The notes beneath the pieces were generated by a model. It worked only from the letters and a program-made list of their open reading frames with translations, was not told the origin of the DNA and made no database searches. A program made the position numbers and the translations under genes. From Calditrichia bacterium (lineage in GTDB: Bacteria > Calditrichota > Calditrichia > JAJRVZ01): a stretch of DNA of 64,000 bases. The stretch spans positions 1 to 64,000 of the forward strand of contig CAWCNS010000009.1 in the NCBI GenBank assembly GCA_963796965.1. Reading direction: 5' to 3'. Position 1 is the first letter of the stretch; each line of letters starts with the position of its first letter. Positions 42,451 through 54,485 of the stretch are shown here, piece by piece.

Positions 42451-45400
42451 TCAATATATTTTATGCAAAATAATTTTAGCCTGCTCAATCTGTTGCCTTT
42501 TTGTCTCACCTGAGACACGAAAATGGACAAAGGGATTCTCCTGGTCTCCTGAAAAATTTATTTTTGTTTCATTCATATTAAGAAGCCCCGGCATAATATT
42601 CTGGTGAAAAACATCCTTGCTGCGGATTTCATCAGAGAATTTAATCGTTACATTACCATCTTTGAGTTTGATAAGACCTGCATAGATTTTTCCTGCTAGA
42701 ATCTTCAGTTCAATCGCATCTATAATCAAAAGTACAGACTCTGGGATCTTCCCAAAGCGATCTTCTAATTCCAACTTAATCTTGTCAAGATCTTCCGGAT
42801 TGTGATAATTGACAAGTCGATGATAAACAGACACCCGCTCCGACTGACTGGATATATATTGTAATGGGATCATTAAATCAAAATCGACATCTATCTTTGT
42901 ATCAGTATAACGCTGCAGATCGCCTTTTGTTTCTTCTCCCGGAGCCTCTTTTAGTTTCTGAACTGAATCATCTATGAGACGACAATAGAGTCAAAACCAA
43001 CCGCTTGAATATTACCACTCTGCTCTTTACCAAGAATGTTACCGATACCCCGGATTTCCATATCCCGCAATGCTACTTTAAATCCAGAGCCCAAGTCTGT
43101 AAAGTCCTGAATAGCCTTTAACCTTTTCTGTGCCAGATCTGTTAAACGAGACGCATGTGGAACCAAAAGGTAAGCATAAGCCTGGATATCAGATCTCCCC
43201 ACTCGTCCACGAAGTTGATACAGTTGTGACAAACCAAATTTATCAGCATGATCTATTAAAATTGTATTTACGTTTGGAATATCCAATCCATTTTCTATGA
43301 TCATCGTTGATACCAGAACATCATATTTTTTATGAATAAAATCCAACATGATGTTTTCCAATTGTTTTTCCGGTAACTGCCCATGGGCTACAACAACTTT
43401 AGCTTGAAGGCACAATTTCTTTAATGATCTTTTCCATGCCCTTAATTGTCTTAACCCTATTATGAACAAAGTATACTTGTCCATGCCGATCTAATTCTCT
43501 TGTAATCGCCCTATAAATGAGATCGTCATCCCATTCATGAATTTCTGTAATCACCGGCAATCTGTTACGTGGCGGTGTCTCAATATTGGAGAGGTCCCTG
43601 GCACCCATGAGGGCAAGGTGCATTGTCCGCGGGATGGGTGTGGCAGTCAAAGTTAAGACATCAACGGTTACACGAAGTTTTTTTAGCTTCTCCTTATGCT
43701 TTACCCCAAATCGTTGCTCTTCATCAATAACCAGAAGACCTATATTTTTAATTTGTACATCATCGGATAGTAACCGATGTGTGCCAATAATAATATCAAT
43801 CTCCCCTCCGTTTAGTTTTTCAAGAACTGCTTTTTGTTGTTTTGGTGTACGAAAGCGCGATAACATCTCTATATGTACCGGAAACTCTGACATTCTTTCT
43901 CGAAACGTGTGAAAATGCTGATATGCAAGAATCGTTGTAGGCACCAGAATGGCAACCTGTTTACCCTCCATAACAACTTTAAACGCTGCCCTAATAGCTA
44001 CTTCAGTTTTACCATAACCTACGTCACCACAGAGCAGACGATCCATGGAGACATCCGACTGAAGATCTAGTTTTACCTCTTCTATAGATTTTAGCTGGTC
44101 TTCCGTTTCGTCGTAGGGAAAAGAAGCCTCTAACTCTCTCTGCCAGTGGGTGTCATCAGTAAACGCATAACCCTTCTCCGCCTTTCGGGCAGCCTGCAAC
44201 TCCAGCAATTCTGCTGCAACTTTCTCGATTGATTCACGGGTCCTTTTTTTAAGCCTTTCCCATTCACCACTATTCAGATTGGTCAGACCTGGTAGGGATT
44301 CATCTTCACTGGCATACTTTTGCACATTATTCAATCGGTCCACAGAGACAAAGAGAACATCACCATCAGCATATTGCAATTTGATGCATTCCTTTTTAAT
44401 ATTGGAAACTTCTAATGTCTCAAGACCAAGATACCGGCCTATACCATATTGAATATGGACCACATAATCATTCAAATTTAAGGAACTGAGACTTCGTAAA
44501 TATTCACCATTTTTAAACCGCTGATAAGTCCGGCGCTTTTTAAAACGATCAAATATTTCGTGATCGGTTAGGACCTGAATACCAGCATCCGGGTAAACAA
44601 ATCCGTCATGAAGAGCTCCACTGGTAATATTAGCCGTATCATCAATCTCTTCATCAACCAGAATTTCCTCTATCCTTTCAGCTTGTACTTTAGTATCACA
44701 TTGAATAAGAGTAAATAATTGATCCTTTTTTGATTTTCTTAAATAACTGAAGAGTCGATTCAGATGACCAGCAAACGTTGGGGGGGTTGTGCTCTGAAAC
44801 TGAACAGTTTTGTACTTTTTGTCAGATAATAAACCAAAATGGATGAGCTGATAATCTGACATTTTTTTGGAAATAACATTCCAGAGGAAATACCGTTCCT
44901 TTGGGGGGATGGGATAAACATCTTCCTCTAAAAGTTTTGTATAATTTGCAATGATTAATTCCTCATATTCTACACTCCTGAGTGCAAGATCTTTATAATC
45001 TTCTACTATAAAAATTGAATTTAAGGGGAGGTAATCGAATAGCGTATCGGCGCTCTTATCATGATCTATAGCGGGCAATATTTCAACTTTACCGGCTTCT
45101 TCGATGGAACGTTGACTGATTATATTAAAACTACGAATAGATTCTATCTTATCTCCAAAAAACTCTACACGGACCGGGTCATCAGATGTCCAGGGAAAAA
45201 TGTCAATTATACCACCGCGTACAGCAAAATGCCCCACATCCTCCACGATCTCAGTCCTGGCATAACCAGAACTATGAAGATTTTCGATCAATTTTTGATG
45301 CTGGCAAGTCTGATTTTTTTCAAAATAATACTGTCCATCCACAAATGATTCGGGAGAAGGAACGCGACCCATCAATCCCTGTAGTGTTGATACGACCACT

Positions 45401-45747
45401 CCTTTTTCCGTGCCCATGAGACTTTGAAGTGTTTCAAGACGTAGTCGCTGTAAACTTGGGTTAGGATCATGATCGTCATAGGGTGTTTTCTCTTCTGTCG
45501 GAAAAAAAACGATAGGATCTAAAGTGAGGAGAATTTCAAGGTCATCTCTCATTTTTTCTGCAGAGTCTGGATCAGATGTTAAGAATACTACCGGTTTATT
45601 TAACACCTCAACAAGATAGGTGACAAAAAATGCCCTTAAAGAACCTCTTAATCCATCAATAAAAAATTGATCGGTTTTTGTGTCTGGAAGGTTAATATTT
45701 TTGAATGCAGTCGTATTATATATCTTCTTTTTTAAGGTTTCAATCAT
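42451..45747 (-). CDS. mfd: Transcription-repair coupling factor (frameshifted near 43400 and 42975)
   Basis: FAVRGGIIDIFP, VVHIQYGIG, CGDVGYGKTE, IDEEQRFG, TATPIPRT, QLRGRVGRS, TRCF tail. Confidence 0.95.
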
Positions 45748-45947
45748 ATGACTTTGTTTTTTATAATTCGCAGAGCAAATAGATATAGAGTGAAGAGCAT
45801 ATTCATTGCTCTGAGTTTCACTCCTCCATCTCTCATCTCTCTTGTTTAATAGAGTCAGTACTCACTGATAGAGTGTCTCATTGGGGATGGAACTTATTTG
45901 AGTTAATATTTATATGGGTAGAATATTTGAAGAAATATGTAATCATA

Positions 45948-46787
45948 TCAACCATTAGCATCTTTTAACTTATCCAAATCGGTATTATAACGTCCTTGTG
46001 GATAGGATTCTTTCATTTGATTATAATAGGCATTAAAAATATCTTTACGACCAAGATGATAGTAAGAAGCCGCTGTCAGAAATCCAACACTTTCTTTATC
46101 AAAAAAATTATCATCATGTTCCAGAATTCCCTCACAGAGCGATATAACACTCAAATAGTTTTTAGCCTGAAATTCAAGAAAAGCCAGACCAAAGTTGGCC
46201 GAGGCAATTCTTGTACCAGGTGCATCATCTGAAATGATTTGTTCAAAATACTCTCTTGATTTTGCAAAATTTTGAAGATAATAGGTAATAAATCCTAAAT
46301 AGAATAGGACAGACCAGCCATATTCATGTTTAGTCGTGCGAAAATATTCTACAATTTTATTAAGATAGGGATAGGCTAAATCGTAACTCCCCTGGGCAAA
46401 ATACAGTTTTCCCAATTCATACATAACATAATTTTGCTTTTCATCGTTAGAATTTTTTTCAAGCGATACAAGCAGGGATCTTTCAGCCAGAGGCATATTA
46501 CCTAAACCAAGATACGCATAGCCCTGGACCCGATACAGATCTTCCGGGGCTTTATAGTCCTTATTGTGAAGCAATACATTTTCTGCAGATTCGATCGCTT
46601 TTTGATAGTCTTTTTCATAATAGTAGACCCAACTCACCTCAGCCCATATAATAGATTTGCTTTCATGATCCTCCGCGTGATTTAATGCCTGAAAATACAT
46701 CAATCGCGCATTTTTATAGGCTTTATTTTCAAAATGATTTCTGGCTGCTTTAAGGTGATCCAGGAATTTTTCGTCGTTTTTACTCAT
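45948..46787 (-). CDS. Tetratricopeptide repeat protein
   Basis: Repeated aromatic-rich helical units (YELGKLYF, FYLGFITY, FGLAFLEF). Confidence 0.75.
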   Translation of the reverse strand: MSKNDEKFLDHLKAARNHFENKAYKNARLMYFQALNHAEDHESKSIIWAEVSWVYYYEKDYQKAIESAENVLLHNKDYKAPEDLYRVQGYAYLGLGNMPLAERSLLVSLEKNSNDEKQNYVMYELGKLYFAQGSYDLAYPYLNKIVEYFRTTKHEYGWSVLFYLGFITYYLQNFAKSREYFEQIISDDAPGTRIASANFGLAFLEFQAKNYLSVISLCEGILEHDDNFFDKESVGFLTAASYYHLGRKDIFNAYYNQMKESYPQGRYNTDLDKLKDANG

Positions 46788-47313
46788 TTAACATTATTAG
46801 TTTATGAAACTTCAATTATTTAGATTTTAATGAAAAATTGTTAATCTTCTACGTTTATTTGTTGCTTGTATAAATACAAATCCAATAGTAATCTTGATCT
46901 GAGAACTTGACTTTTAAGCGCAAAAATTTAAATTTAAAAATTGTCTTGGTCGGAAGCAATTAACTATAAATATTTGACCCTGGTCAAAAACACGCCAGGT
47001 TACTAAGAAATACACAATAATTTAACATCATCTTAGGCGGCGTTGGCTGGTGACATCAATTATACTTAGAATAATGGTCGTTCTCTCAGCCCCTAATTGT
47101 AAGAGATGGAAAAAAAAAGGGTAGATTTTTAAAATGAATCCCTCTCATCCCTTTGGTAAGATAGCCAAAGAAGGAGGAAAATATAATATAACCGTGAGTA
47201 TTCTTTTCAATAAACTTAGTATCTTTGTGTCTTAGTGGCAAATGAGTGATATTAAATTGGTTAATATGAAACCAGGCCACAAAGAATAAAGATGATTAAA
47301 ATATACAGGAGAA

Positions 47314-48711
47314 ATGATGGATCAAACATTTGATATTGCCATAATCGGTTCCGGTCCGGGAGGGTATGTCGCTGCCATTCGGGCTTCTCAGTTAAATTTA
47401 AATACAGTTTTAATCGAGAAAGAAAATCTGGGTGGAATTTGCCTCAACTGGGGGTGTATCCCCACAAAAGCACTTCTAAAAAGTGCAGAGACCTATGCCT
47501 CATTTAAAGAAGCAAAGGAATTTGGTATAGAAGCCGAAAACATATCCTTTGATTTTACAAAAATTATAGATCGAAGCAGGAAGGTTGCCTCTATTAATTC
47601 CAAAGGGGTTGAATTCCTTATGAAAAAGAATAAAATCACCGTCGTCAGCGGATTGGGAAAAATAAAGTCTCCCTCATTAATTGAGGTGACGGATAAAGAT
47701 GGAAAAAAATCCGAGATAAATGCCAAACATATTATTGTCTCCACAGGAGGCAGACCGCGAAGCATTCCTGGTATAGAGATAGATGGAAAAAATATCATCG
47801 AATATAGAAAGGCAATGTCACTCGAAAAACAGCCGAAATCTATGGTCATAGTTGGCGCCGGTGCAATTGGGATAGAATTTGCCTATTTCTATAATCAGTT
47901 TGGTACAAAGATTACCATAATTGAAATGATGGATAGTATTCTTCCCATAGAAGACCGCGAGGTAAGCGACCTTCTGGCTAAATCTTTTAAAAAGAATAAG
48001 GTAGATATTCATACATCAACGACTGTCGAGTCGATAAAAAATACAAAGTCTGGCGTTACAGTTACTTATAATAAAGATGGTAAAAAGGAATCCGTCGCAG
48101 CTGACAAAGCGCTGATTGCAATTGGTATTCAGGGGAACGTAGAAGATCTGGGATTAGAAGAGACAGGCGTTAATGTCGAGAAGAGTTTTATTCCTGTTAA
48201 TGAATGGTATGAAACAAATGTAAAGGGCATTTATGCCATTGGGGATATAACCGGGCCACCCTTACTAGCTCATGTGGCTTCTCACGAAGGAATTATTTGT
48301 GTGGAAAATATTGCCGGAAAATCACCCCATGCTTTAGACTATGAGAGTATTCCAGGATGTACCTATTGCCAGCCCCAGGTTGCAAGTATTGGTATGACAG
48401 AAGCTAAAGCAAAGGAAGCAGGCTATGATCTTAAAATCGGACGGTTTCCCTATGCGGCTTCAGGAAAAGCCAGGGCTATTGGAGAACGTGAGGGATTTGT
48501 AAAGTTAATTTTTGACAATAAATATGGTGAGATTCTTGGTGCTCATATTATTGGTGCTGAGGCAACCGAACTAATCGCCGAAATTGGTATGGCAAAATCT
48601 CTGGAATCTACACCGCTTGAATTAGCAAAAACAATTCATGCCCACCCAACCCTTTCTGAGATGATTATGGAGGCAGCCGGTTCTGCTTTGGGTGAGGCGA
48701 TTCATATATAA
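47314..48711 (+). CDS. lpdA: Dihydrolipoyl dehydrogenase (E3)
   Basis: IGSGPGG, GGICLNWGCIPTK, GAGAIG, HAHPTLSE. Confidence 0.97.
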   Translation: MMDQTFDIAIIGSGPGGYVAAIRASQLNLNTVLIEKENLGGICLNWGCIPTKALLKSAETYASFKEAKEFGIEAENISFDFTKIIDRSRKVASINSKGVEFLMKKNKITVVSGLGKIKSPSLIEVTDKDGKKSEINAKHIIVSTGGRPRSIPGIEIDGKNIIEYRKAMSLEKQPKSMVIVGAGAIGIEFAYFYNQFGTKITIIEMMDSILPIEDREVSDLLAKSFKKNKVDIHTSTTVESIKNTKSGVTVTYNKDGKKESVAADKALIAIGIQGNVEDLGLEETGVNVEKSFIPVNEWYETNVKGIYAIGDITGPPLLAHVASHEGIICVENIAGKSPHALDYESIPGCTYCQPQVASIGMTEAKAKEAGYDLKIGRFPYAASGKARAIGEREGFVKLIFDNKYGEILGAHIIGAEATELIAEIGMAKSLESTPLELAKTIHAHPTLSEMIMEAAGSALGEAIHI

Positions 48712-48716
48712 GACAG

Positions 48717-49367
48717 TTGAAAACAATCCAGTTAATTCAGACCGGCCCTACTGACTATACTCAAACCTGGGAATTACAGAAAGAATTATTCGAGGAGGTC
48801 GCCAGAAACCGTTCCAGAAATTATTTAATCCTCACAGAACATCGCCCTGTCATTACAATTGGAAAATCTGGCAATACGAACAATCTGCTTGCGGATGAGT
48901 CTTTTTTAAATTCTAAGGGGATAGAAATTATTAGGATTGATCGTGGGGGTGATGTTACTTTTCACGGACCAGGACAATTGGTGGGATATCCCATTCTAAA
49001 TTTGTCTGAGTTTAAAGAAGATATGAATTGGTATTTGCGGAAGCTGGAAGAAATAATTATCAAGACCCTGGGAAATTATCAAATCATTGGAACCCTGATC
49101 CCCGGCTTAACCGGTGTTTGGGTCGATAATAATAAGATTTGTGCCATCGGGGTAAAAATCACCAGATGGGTATCCATGCATGGTTTCGCCTTAAACATTT
49201 CGACAGATCTAAATTATTTCAAATATATCATACCCTGCGGTATAACAGACAAGGGCGTAACTTCAATTTTGCAGGAATCAGGAAATAACCCAGACAAAAA
49301 TAATGTTATTAATAATCTGTGTTCAAATATTGAACAAATTTTGGATGTAAAGATAAAGTTACAATAA
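48717..49367 (+). CDS. lipB: Lipoyl(octanoyl) transferase
   Basis: EHRPVITIG, RGGDVTFHGPGQLVGYP, KICAIG, HGFALN, IPCG. Confidence 0.95.
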   Translation: MKTIQLIQTGPTDYTQTWELQKELFEEVARNRSRNYLILTEHRPVITIGKSGNTNNLLADESFLNSKGIEIIRIDRGGDVTFHGPGQLVGYPILNLSEFKEDMNWYLRKLEEIIIKTLGNYQIIGTLIPGLTGVWVDNNKICAIGVKITRWVSMHGFALNISTDLNYFKYIIPCGITDKGVTSILQESGNNPDKNNVINNLCSNIEQILDVKIKLQ

Positions 49368-49379
49368 ACCGAGGTAGTC

Positions 49380-49580
49380 ATGGTTAAAGAAAGAGTCCCT
49401 ATGTGTCCTGTTTTTCCGGATCTTATTTGTCCTCAGGGACAGGAGATGAGCGAAGCATGTTCGGTTAGAATGAATGGAGATTTTGACCCAATGGTTGATT
49501 TCAGGGATCATTTATTACTTCATTGTGCCCTTTATCAAAATCAAAATCATTCTGAAAATGTAAGTAGAGAAGAGGTTTGA
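49380..49580 (+). CDS. Small four-cysteine hypothetical protein
   Basis: GAGG RBS. Fills the lipB-E1 gap with 12 and 11 bp spacing. Confidence 0.65.
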   Translation: MVKERVPMCPVFPDLICPQGQEMSEACSVRMNGDFDPMVDFRDHLLLHCALYQNQNHSENVSREEV

Positions 49581-49591
49581 ACGGAGAATAA

Positions 49592-51625
49592 ATGCCCGTC
49601 AAAAACACGAAAACAAAATCTCAAACCCGATTGACTTCCACCACCCTGTTATCGATTTATGAAAACATGATTCGAACCCGCTTGATGGATCAGAAGATGC
49701 TGATCATGCTTAAACAGGGGAAGAGTTTTTTTCATATTGGATCCTCGGGACATGAAGCCGTTCAAACAGCTTTTGCCTATGCCATGCAACCGGGGTATGA
49801 CTGGGCCTTTCCCTATTATCGTGATCTTGCATTTGTTTTACAATATGGTGTTTCATCCTACGATATATTTTTAAATTTTTTGGCCCGCGCTGACGATCCC
49901 AGTTCTGGAGGTCGTCAGATGTCTAATCACTATGGTAGCCGCAAACAGCGCATTGTTACCCAATCCAGCCCTACCGGCACACAGTTTTTACAAGCTGTGG
50001 GCTGTGCACTTGGTTCAGTTAAAGAGGGAAAAGATGAGGTTGCCTATGTTTCTTCCGGCGAGGGAACGACAGCACAAGGTGATTTTCATGAAGCACTTAA
50101 CTGGGCAGCCCGCGATAAACTGCCTGTAATCTTTCTAATCCAAAATAATAAATATGCAATTTCTGTACCTGTTTCTAATCAACTTGCAGGTGGATCCATT
50201 TATCAAATCGGAAGCGGTTACCAAGGATTAAATTGTTTTAAAGTTGATGGAACTGATTTTTTCAAATCCCATGAAATAGCACAAAAAGCGGTCGAGCTAG
50301 CCAGAACCGGTAAAGGTCCTTCTCTTATTGAAGCAGATACAATTCGATTATTACCCCATTCCAGTTCTGACTCGCAATCCAAATATCGAAAAAAGGAAGA
50401 ATTAGAGCGGGATAAATCAAGAGATCCCCTTCCCATTTTTGAATCATTTCTGATCGACAAAAAAATTAAAGATCGTGGTGAACTGGATATTATTCAGCAA
50501 AAAATAAAAAAAGAAGTTGATACTGCGGCAGAAGAAGCAGACAAAACTGCTCATCCCTCACCCGACTCTGTTGAAAAATTTATTTTTACACCCAATCAGC
50601 CAAAAGTTACCTCCTACCCTAAAGTTCCCGATGAAGGGGAAAAGATTGTATTGGTCGATGCCATTAATCATGCCCTCAAGGAAGAATTGGCGGGAGATGA
50701 GAGAATATTTCTATTTGGTCAGGATGTAGCCGATGGTAAAGGGGGCGTGTTTACAGCGACAACAGGGATATCAACAATGTTTGGAAGTGAACGATGTTTT
50801 AATGCACCTCTTGCAGAGTCAAGCATTGTTGGTGTCGCTATCGGGATGGCATTACGTGGCTTAAAACCAGTCATTGAAATACAGTTCGGAGATTATATCT
50901 GGACAGCTATGATGCAGATTAGAAACGAACTTTCCACAATACGCTGGCGCAGTAATAATACCTGGAGTTGTCCTGTCGTCATCAGAGTTCCTGTGGGAGG
51001 GTATATTCACGGCGCTTTATGCCATTCTCAAAACATTGAAGCCTTTTTTAGTCATATTCCAGGACTCAAAATCGTTTACCCCAGTCAGGCTGATGATGCA
51101 AAGGGTTTACTAAAAGCTGCAATTAGGGGAGACGATCCGGTTCTTTTTTTGGAGCATAAGGGACTTTACCGACAAAGCTATGCCAGGGCCGTCGAGCCAG
51201 ATGAGAATTATACAACACCAATTGGTAAAGGTATTATCAGACGAGAAGGAAATGATATAACCGTGGTAACATATGGTGCGTTGGTTCAAAAATCCCTGGA
51301 GGCAGCACGCATCTTATCGCAGGAAGGATTTGAGGTTGAAGTGATTGATATTCGATCCATTGTCCCGCTTGATACACCCCTTATTATTAATTCCGTCAAG
51401 AAAACCAATAAAGTTCTCATCGTACATGAAGATAGTCTGTTTCAGGGTTTCGGAGCAGAAATTGCCGCACAAATCGCCGAGTTGGCCTTCGAAAGCCTGG
51501 ATGCACCGGTTCAACGATTAGCAGGCAAAGATGTACCGGTTGGATTTAGTCCGGTATTAGAGGAAAATACACTACCACAGAATAAAGATGTTTTGTCAAA
51601 ATTAAGAGAGGTTCTGAGTTATTAA
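49592..51625 (+). CDS. 2-oxoacid (branched-chain type) dehydrogenase E1, fused alpha/beta
   Basis: GHEA, PYYRD, GEGTT..NN TPP motif, HSSSD, then beta subunit FNAPLAE, EIQFGDY, HSQN. Confidence 0.93.
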   Translation: MPVKNTKTKSQTRLTSTTLLSIYENMIRTRLMDQKMLIMLKQGKSFFHIGSSGHEAVQTAFAYAMQPGYDWAFPYYRDLAFVLQYGVSSYDIFLNFLARADDPSSGGRQMSNHYGSRKQRIVTQSSPTGTQFLQAVGCALGSVKEGKDEVAYVSSGEGTTAQGDFHEALNWAARDKLPVIFLIQNNKYAISVPVSNQLAGGSIYQIGSGYQGLNCFKVDGTDFFKSHEIAQKAVELARTGKGPSLIEADTIRLLPHSSSDSQSKYRKKEELERDKSRDPLPIFESFLIDKKIKDRGELDIIQQKIKKEVDTAAEEADKTAHPSPDSVEKFIFTPNQPKVTSYPKVPDEGEKIVLVDAINHALKEELAGDERIFLFGQDVADGKGGVFTATTGISTMFGSERCFNAPLAESSIVGVAIGMALRGLKPVIEIQFGDYIWTAMMQIRNELSTIRWRSNNTWSCPVVIRVPVGGYIHGALCHSQNIEAFFSHIPGLKIVYPSQADDAKGLLKAAIRGDDPVLFLEHKGLYRQSYARAVEPDENYTTPIGKGIIRREGNDITVVTYGALVQKSLEAARILSQEGFEVEVIDIRSIVPLDTPLIINSVKKTNKVLIVHEDSLFQGFGAEIAAQIAELAFESLDAPVQRLAGKDVPVGFSPVLEENTLPQNKDVLSKLREVLSY

Positions 51626-51680
51626 TAGTTGAATTAGAACCTGTTAAGGGATAATTTTACGATCTTATCCAAATCTATTT

Positions 51681-51880
51681 ATTTCGCGCAGCGGCGCAGA
51701 GCCGTAACGAGAAATATGTAATAAAGCAATAAGTATAAAAATTGATTTTTTCATCATTTTAAAATAACGATTCAACTATCTTTCAATTTGGGTTATTAAT
51801 TTTTAGTTATCTTGATTAGCTGTTTTGAATTAGAAAATTATATAATATTTGTACTGCGGCGTTGCGTCGCTGCGTGAGAT
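51681..51880 (+). repeat. REP/MITE-like element with 25-bp imperfect GC-rich inverted arms
   Basis: ATTTCGCGCAGCGGCGCAGAGCCGT (51681-705) vs GCGGCGTTGCGTCGCTGCGTGAGAT (51856-80), with an AT-rich core. Confidence 0.65.
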
Positions 51881-51968
51881 CAGTCTATTAAAAAAGAATG
51901 ATTGATTTTTATTCTTCAAAAATTTGTGTTTTTAACATTATGAAATCCGAAATAACACAGAGGTGTTC

Positions 51969-53264
51969 ATGAAACAAGATATGGTTATGCCCAAAATGGG
52001 TGAGAGTATTACAGAAGGTACGATTATAAAATGGTTAAAGAATGTCGGTGATGTAGTAGAAAAAGATGAAATCATCCTTGAAATCAGTACTGATAAGGTC
52101 GACTCAGAAATCCCCACACCCGTTGCTGGTAAGATTGTAGAATTATTGGCTAATGAAAATGACACTATCGAGGTTGGAAATGTAATTGCCCGAATCGAAA
52201 CGGAAGGTGGTGTAGAGGAAACAGAAACGGCATCTCCTCCGGGAGCAGAAAAGTCAGAGCCGACACCTGTTGCAGAAGAGCCGGCATCAGCAGAACCTGA
52301 ACCACAGCCTAAAGATCAGGCCCCGCCCATCACTGAAGAAAAAACAGACAAAATTGAATCAACAAAATTCTTCTCACCTGTCGTCTTGAACATTGCCCGA
52401 ACTGAAAGTATATCAACCCAGGAGTTGGATTCGATAGAAGGTAGTGGGATTAGTGGGCGCGTAACAAAGAAAGATGTTCTGCAATATTTAGAATCCCGTA
52501 AAAGCGGGGTAGCGGCTGCCCCGGCAGCTAAGGCTTCTGCCCCCATTGCATCGCCTACAATTGCAGGCGATGGTATTGAAATAATTCCGATGGATCATAT
52601 CCGTAAAAAAATCGCAGAGCATATGGTTCATACCGTTCATACAGCAGCACATGTCGGGTTGTATATTGAAATAGACATGCTAAATGTTCATCGAATCCGG
52701 CAGGCATCAAAAGAAAACTTTCTAAGAAAAGAGGGTATAAAACTTACATTTATGCCATTTATATCTGAAGCTGTTGCTAAAACTTTAAAAGAATTTCCCC
52801 TGGTAAATTCATCTCTCGAAGAAGATAATATTATTATCAAGCATTTTATTAACCTTGGGATTGCGGTGGATACAGAAAAGGGTTTGATTGTACCAGTAAT
52901 AAAAAATACCGACGCCCTGAATCTCGTCGGCATTGCCCGTGCAATCAATGATCTGGCTGCACGTGCAAGAAACCGTAAATTAAAACCGGATGAAGTAAGT
53001 GGTGGTACGTTTTCTATCTCAAATTTTGGTGTTTTTGGAACCAAGATTGGATTTCCCTTAATTAATCAACCTCAGGTAGCAATTTTGGGTGTTGGTGCAT
53101 TAGAAAAGAGGGCGGTTGTTGTCAACGATGCTATTGCTATTCGTCCAATGATGGATGTATCCCTTACCTTTGACCATCGTTTGATCGATGGCGCCCTGGG
53201 AGCACGTTTTCTGCAACGCCTGAAAGAAAACCTGGAAAACTACGATCCTGAGACAAAATTATGA
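51969..53264 (+). CDS. Dihydrolipoamide acyltransferase (E2)
   Basis: MPKMGES, lipoyl motif STDKVD, GSGISGRVTKKD, DHRLIDG. Confidence 0.95.
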   Translation: MKQDMVMPKMGESITEGTIIKWLKNVGDVVEKDEIILEISTDKVDSEIPTPVAGKIVELLANENDTIEVGNVIARIETEGGVEETETASPPGAEKSEPTPVAEEPASAEPEPQPKDQAPPITEEKTDKIESTKFFSPVVLNIARTESISTQELDSIEGSGISGRVTKKDVLQYLESRKSGVAAAPAAKASAPIASPTIAGDGIEIIPMDHIRKKIAEHMVHTVHTAAHVGLYIEIDMLNVHRIRQASKENFLRKEGIKLTFMPFISEAVAKTLKEFPLVNSSLEEDNIIIKHFINLGIAVDTEKGLIVPVIKNTDALNLVGIARAINDLAARARNRKLKPDEVSGGTFSISNFGVFGTKIGFPLINQPQVAILGVGALEKRAVVVNDAIAIRPMMDVSLTFDHRLIDGALGARFLQRLKENLENYDPETKL

Positions 53265-53326
53265 ACTTAGTAAATATTCCACGTAGTCCTGCCTCGTTGC
53301 GTGAGGTAATTAGATAGTAACTAACC

Positions 53327-54409
53327 ATGGAAAAACTCTTTTTACATGACATGCATAAAAAAGCAGGTGCCAATTTCTCCTCGCTTTATGGTTGTCAGAT
53401 TCCAACAGATTATGGAGATATTGCCAGTGAGTTGGAATCTGTAAATGATCATGTGGCGCTTCTTGACCGAAGTTACTCGGGGAAATTAGCCCTTACAGGC
53501 CCGGATACACTTGATCTTCTTAACCGTATATCAACAAATGATTTGCATTACCTGGCTGTGGATACAATGGCTGATACAGTATTTGCTACACCAAAGGGAC
53601 GGTTAATAGATTATTGTCGTGTAATTAGTACAAAAGAAGAAGTAATCCTTGTATCTTCTTTTTTCCATGTCAATCATTTAATCGAATGGATTAATCGTTT
53701 CATAATTCTTGAAGATGTTACCCTCACAGATGTAACCGAAGCGTATACCTGGCTGACGTTAATTGGTCCAAGATCGAGACAATTTATAGGTCAGATATCA
53801 AACAAACAGCTAACGGATAGAGATGATGCAATTTGGCTCAATATTGAGGGGGAAATGTTTCCAGCTTTAATAAATAATAATTTCAAGTATCCCGCCTATA
53901 ATTTTTGTTTCTCAAATGATGTAGCCAAACCTATCATGGCATTTTTACTTAAGCATCTTGATTCTTTTCAGGGAAAAATGATTGGAAACACGGCCTTTCA
54001 GATTCTGCGTGTTGAAAGTGGCATGCCCGATGGTTTAACAGAGATAACCCAGGACTATAATCCTCACGAGGCGCGTCTGACTGAGGCGATAAGTTTTACT
54101 AAAGGATGCTACACGGGTCAGGAAGTTATTGCCCGTCTGGATACATACGATAAGGTGCAAAAATATCTCATGATCATTGAGCTTTCTGAGGAAATTAAAC
54201 AAAAACCTCCCCTGGAAGTTTACATAGATGATGAAAATATTGGTCATCTTACCAGTTATATCTTTAATCCAACAACAAGAAGAAGCGTTGGGTTAGGTTA
54301 TTTGAAAAAGATGTTTACTACAGAAAATGATATTTACGTTGAAGTACAGAGTGCGGAGAAACGTATTCCTGGCCGTTCACGAATCCCACCGCAAGGTTAT
54401 CTTAAATAA
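53327..54409 (+). CDS. ygfZ: YgfZ/GcvT-family folate-binding protein
   Basis: Signature KGCYTGQE, GPDTLDLLN..TND, TPKGR. Confidence 0.85.
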   Translation: MEKLFLHDMHKKAGANFSSLYGCQIPTDYGDIASELESVNDHVALLDRSYSGKLALTGPDTLDLLNRISTNDLHYLAVDTMADTVFATPKGRLIDYCRVISTKEEVILVSSFFHVNHLIEWINRFIILEDVTLTDVTEAYTWLTLIGPRSRQFIGQISNKQLTDRDDAIWLNIEGEMFPALINNNFKYPAYNFCFSNDVAKPIMAFLLKHLDSFQGKMIGNTAFQILRVESGMPDGLTEITQDYNPHEARLTEAISFTKGCYTGQEVIARLDTYDKVQKYLMIIELSEEIKQKPPLEVYIDDENIGHLTSYIFNPTTRRSVGLGYLKKMFTTENDIYVEVQSAEKRIPGRSRIPPQGYLK

Positions 54410-54485
54410 TCAGCGTTCCATTTCAATTCTGATCCCAAACATAATATTGTAAAGATTTTCACCCTTAACCTTATACTTAATTATC

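Noticed and set aside
46907..46934. sigma70-like TTGACT-N16-TAAATT upstream of lpdA
   Set aside because: Plausible, but such matches are common in AT-rich DNA and nothing independent supports it.
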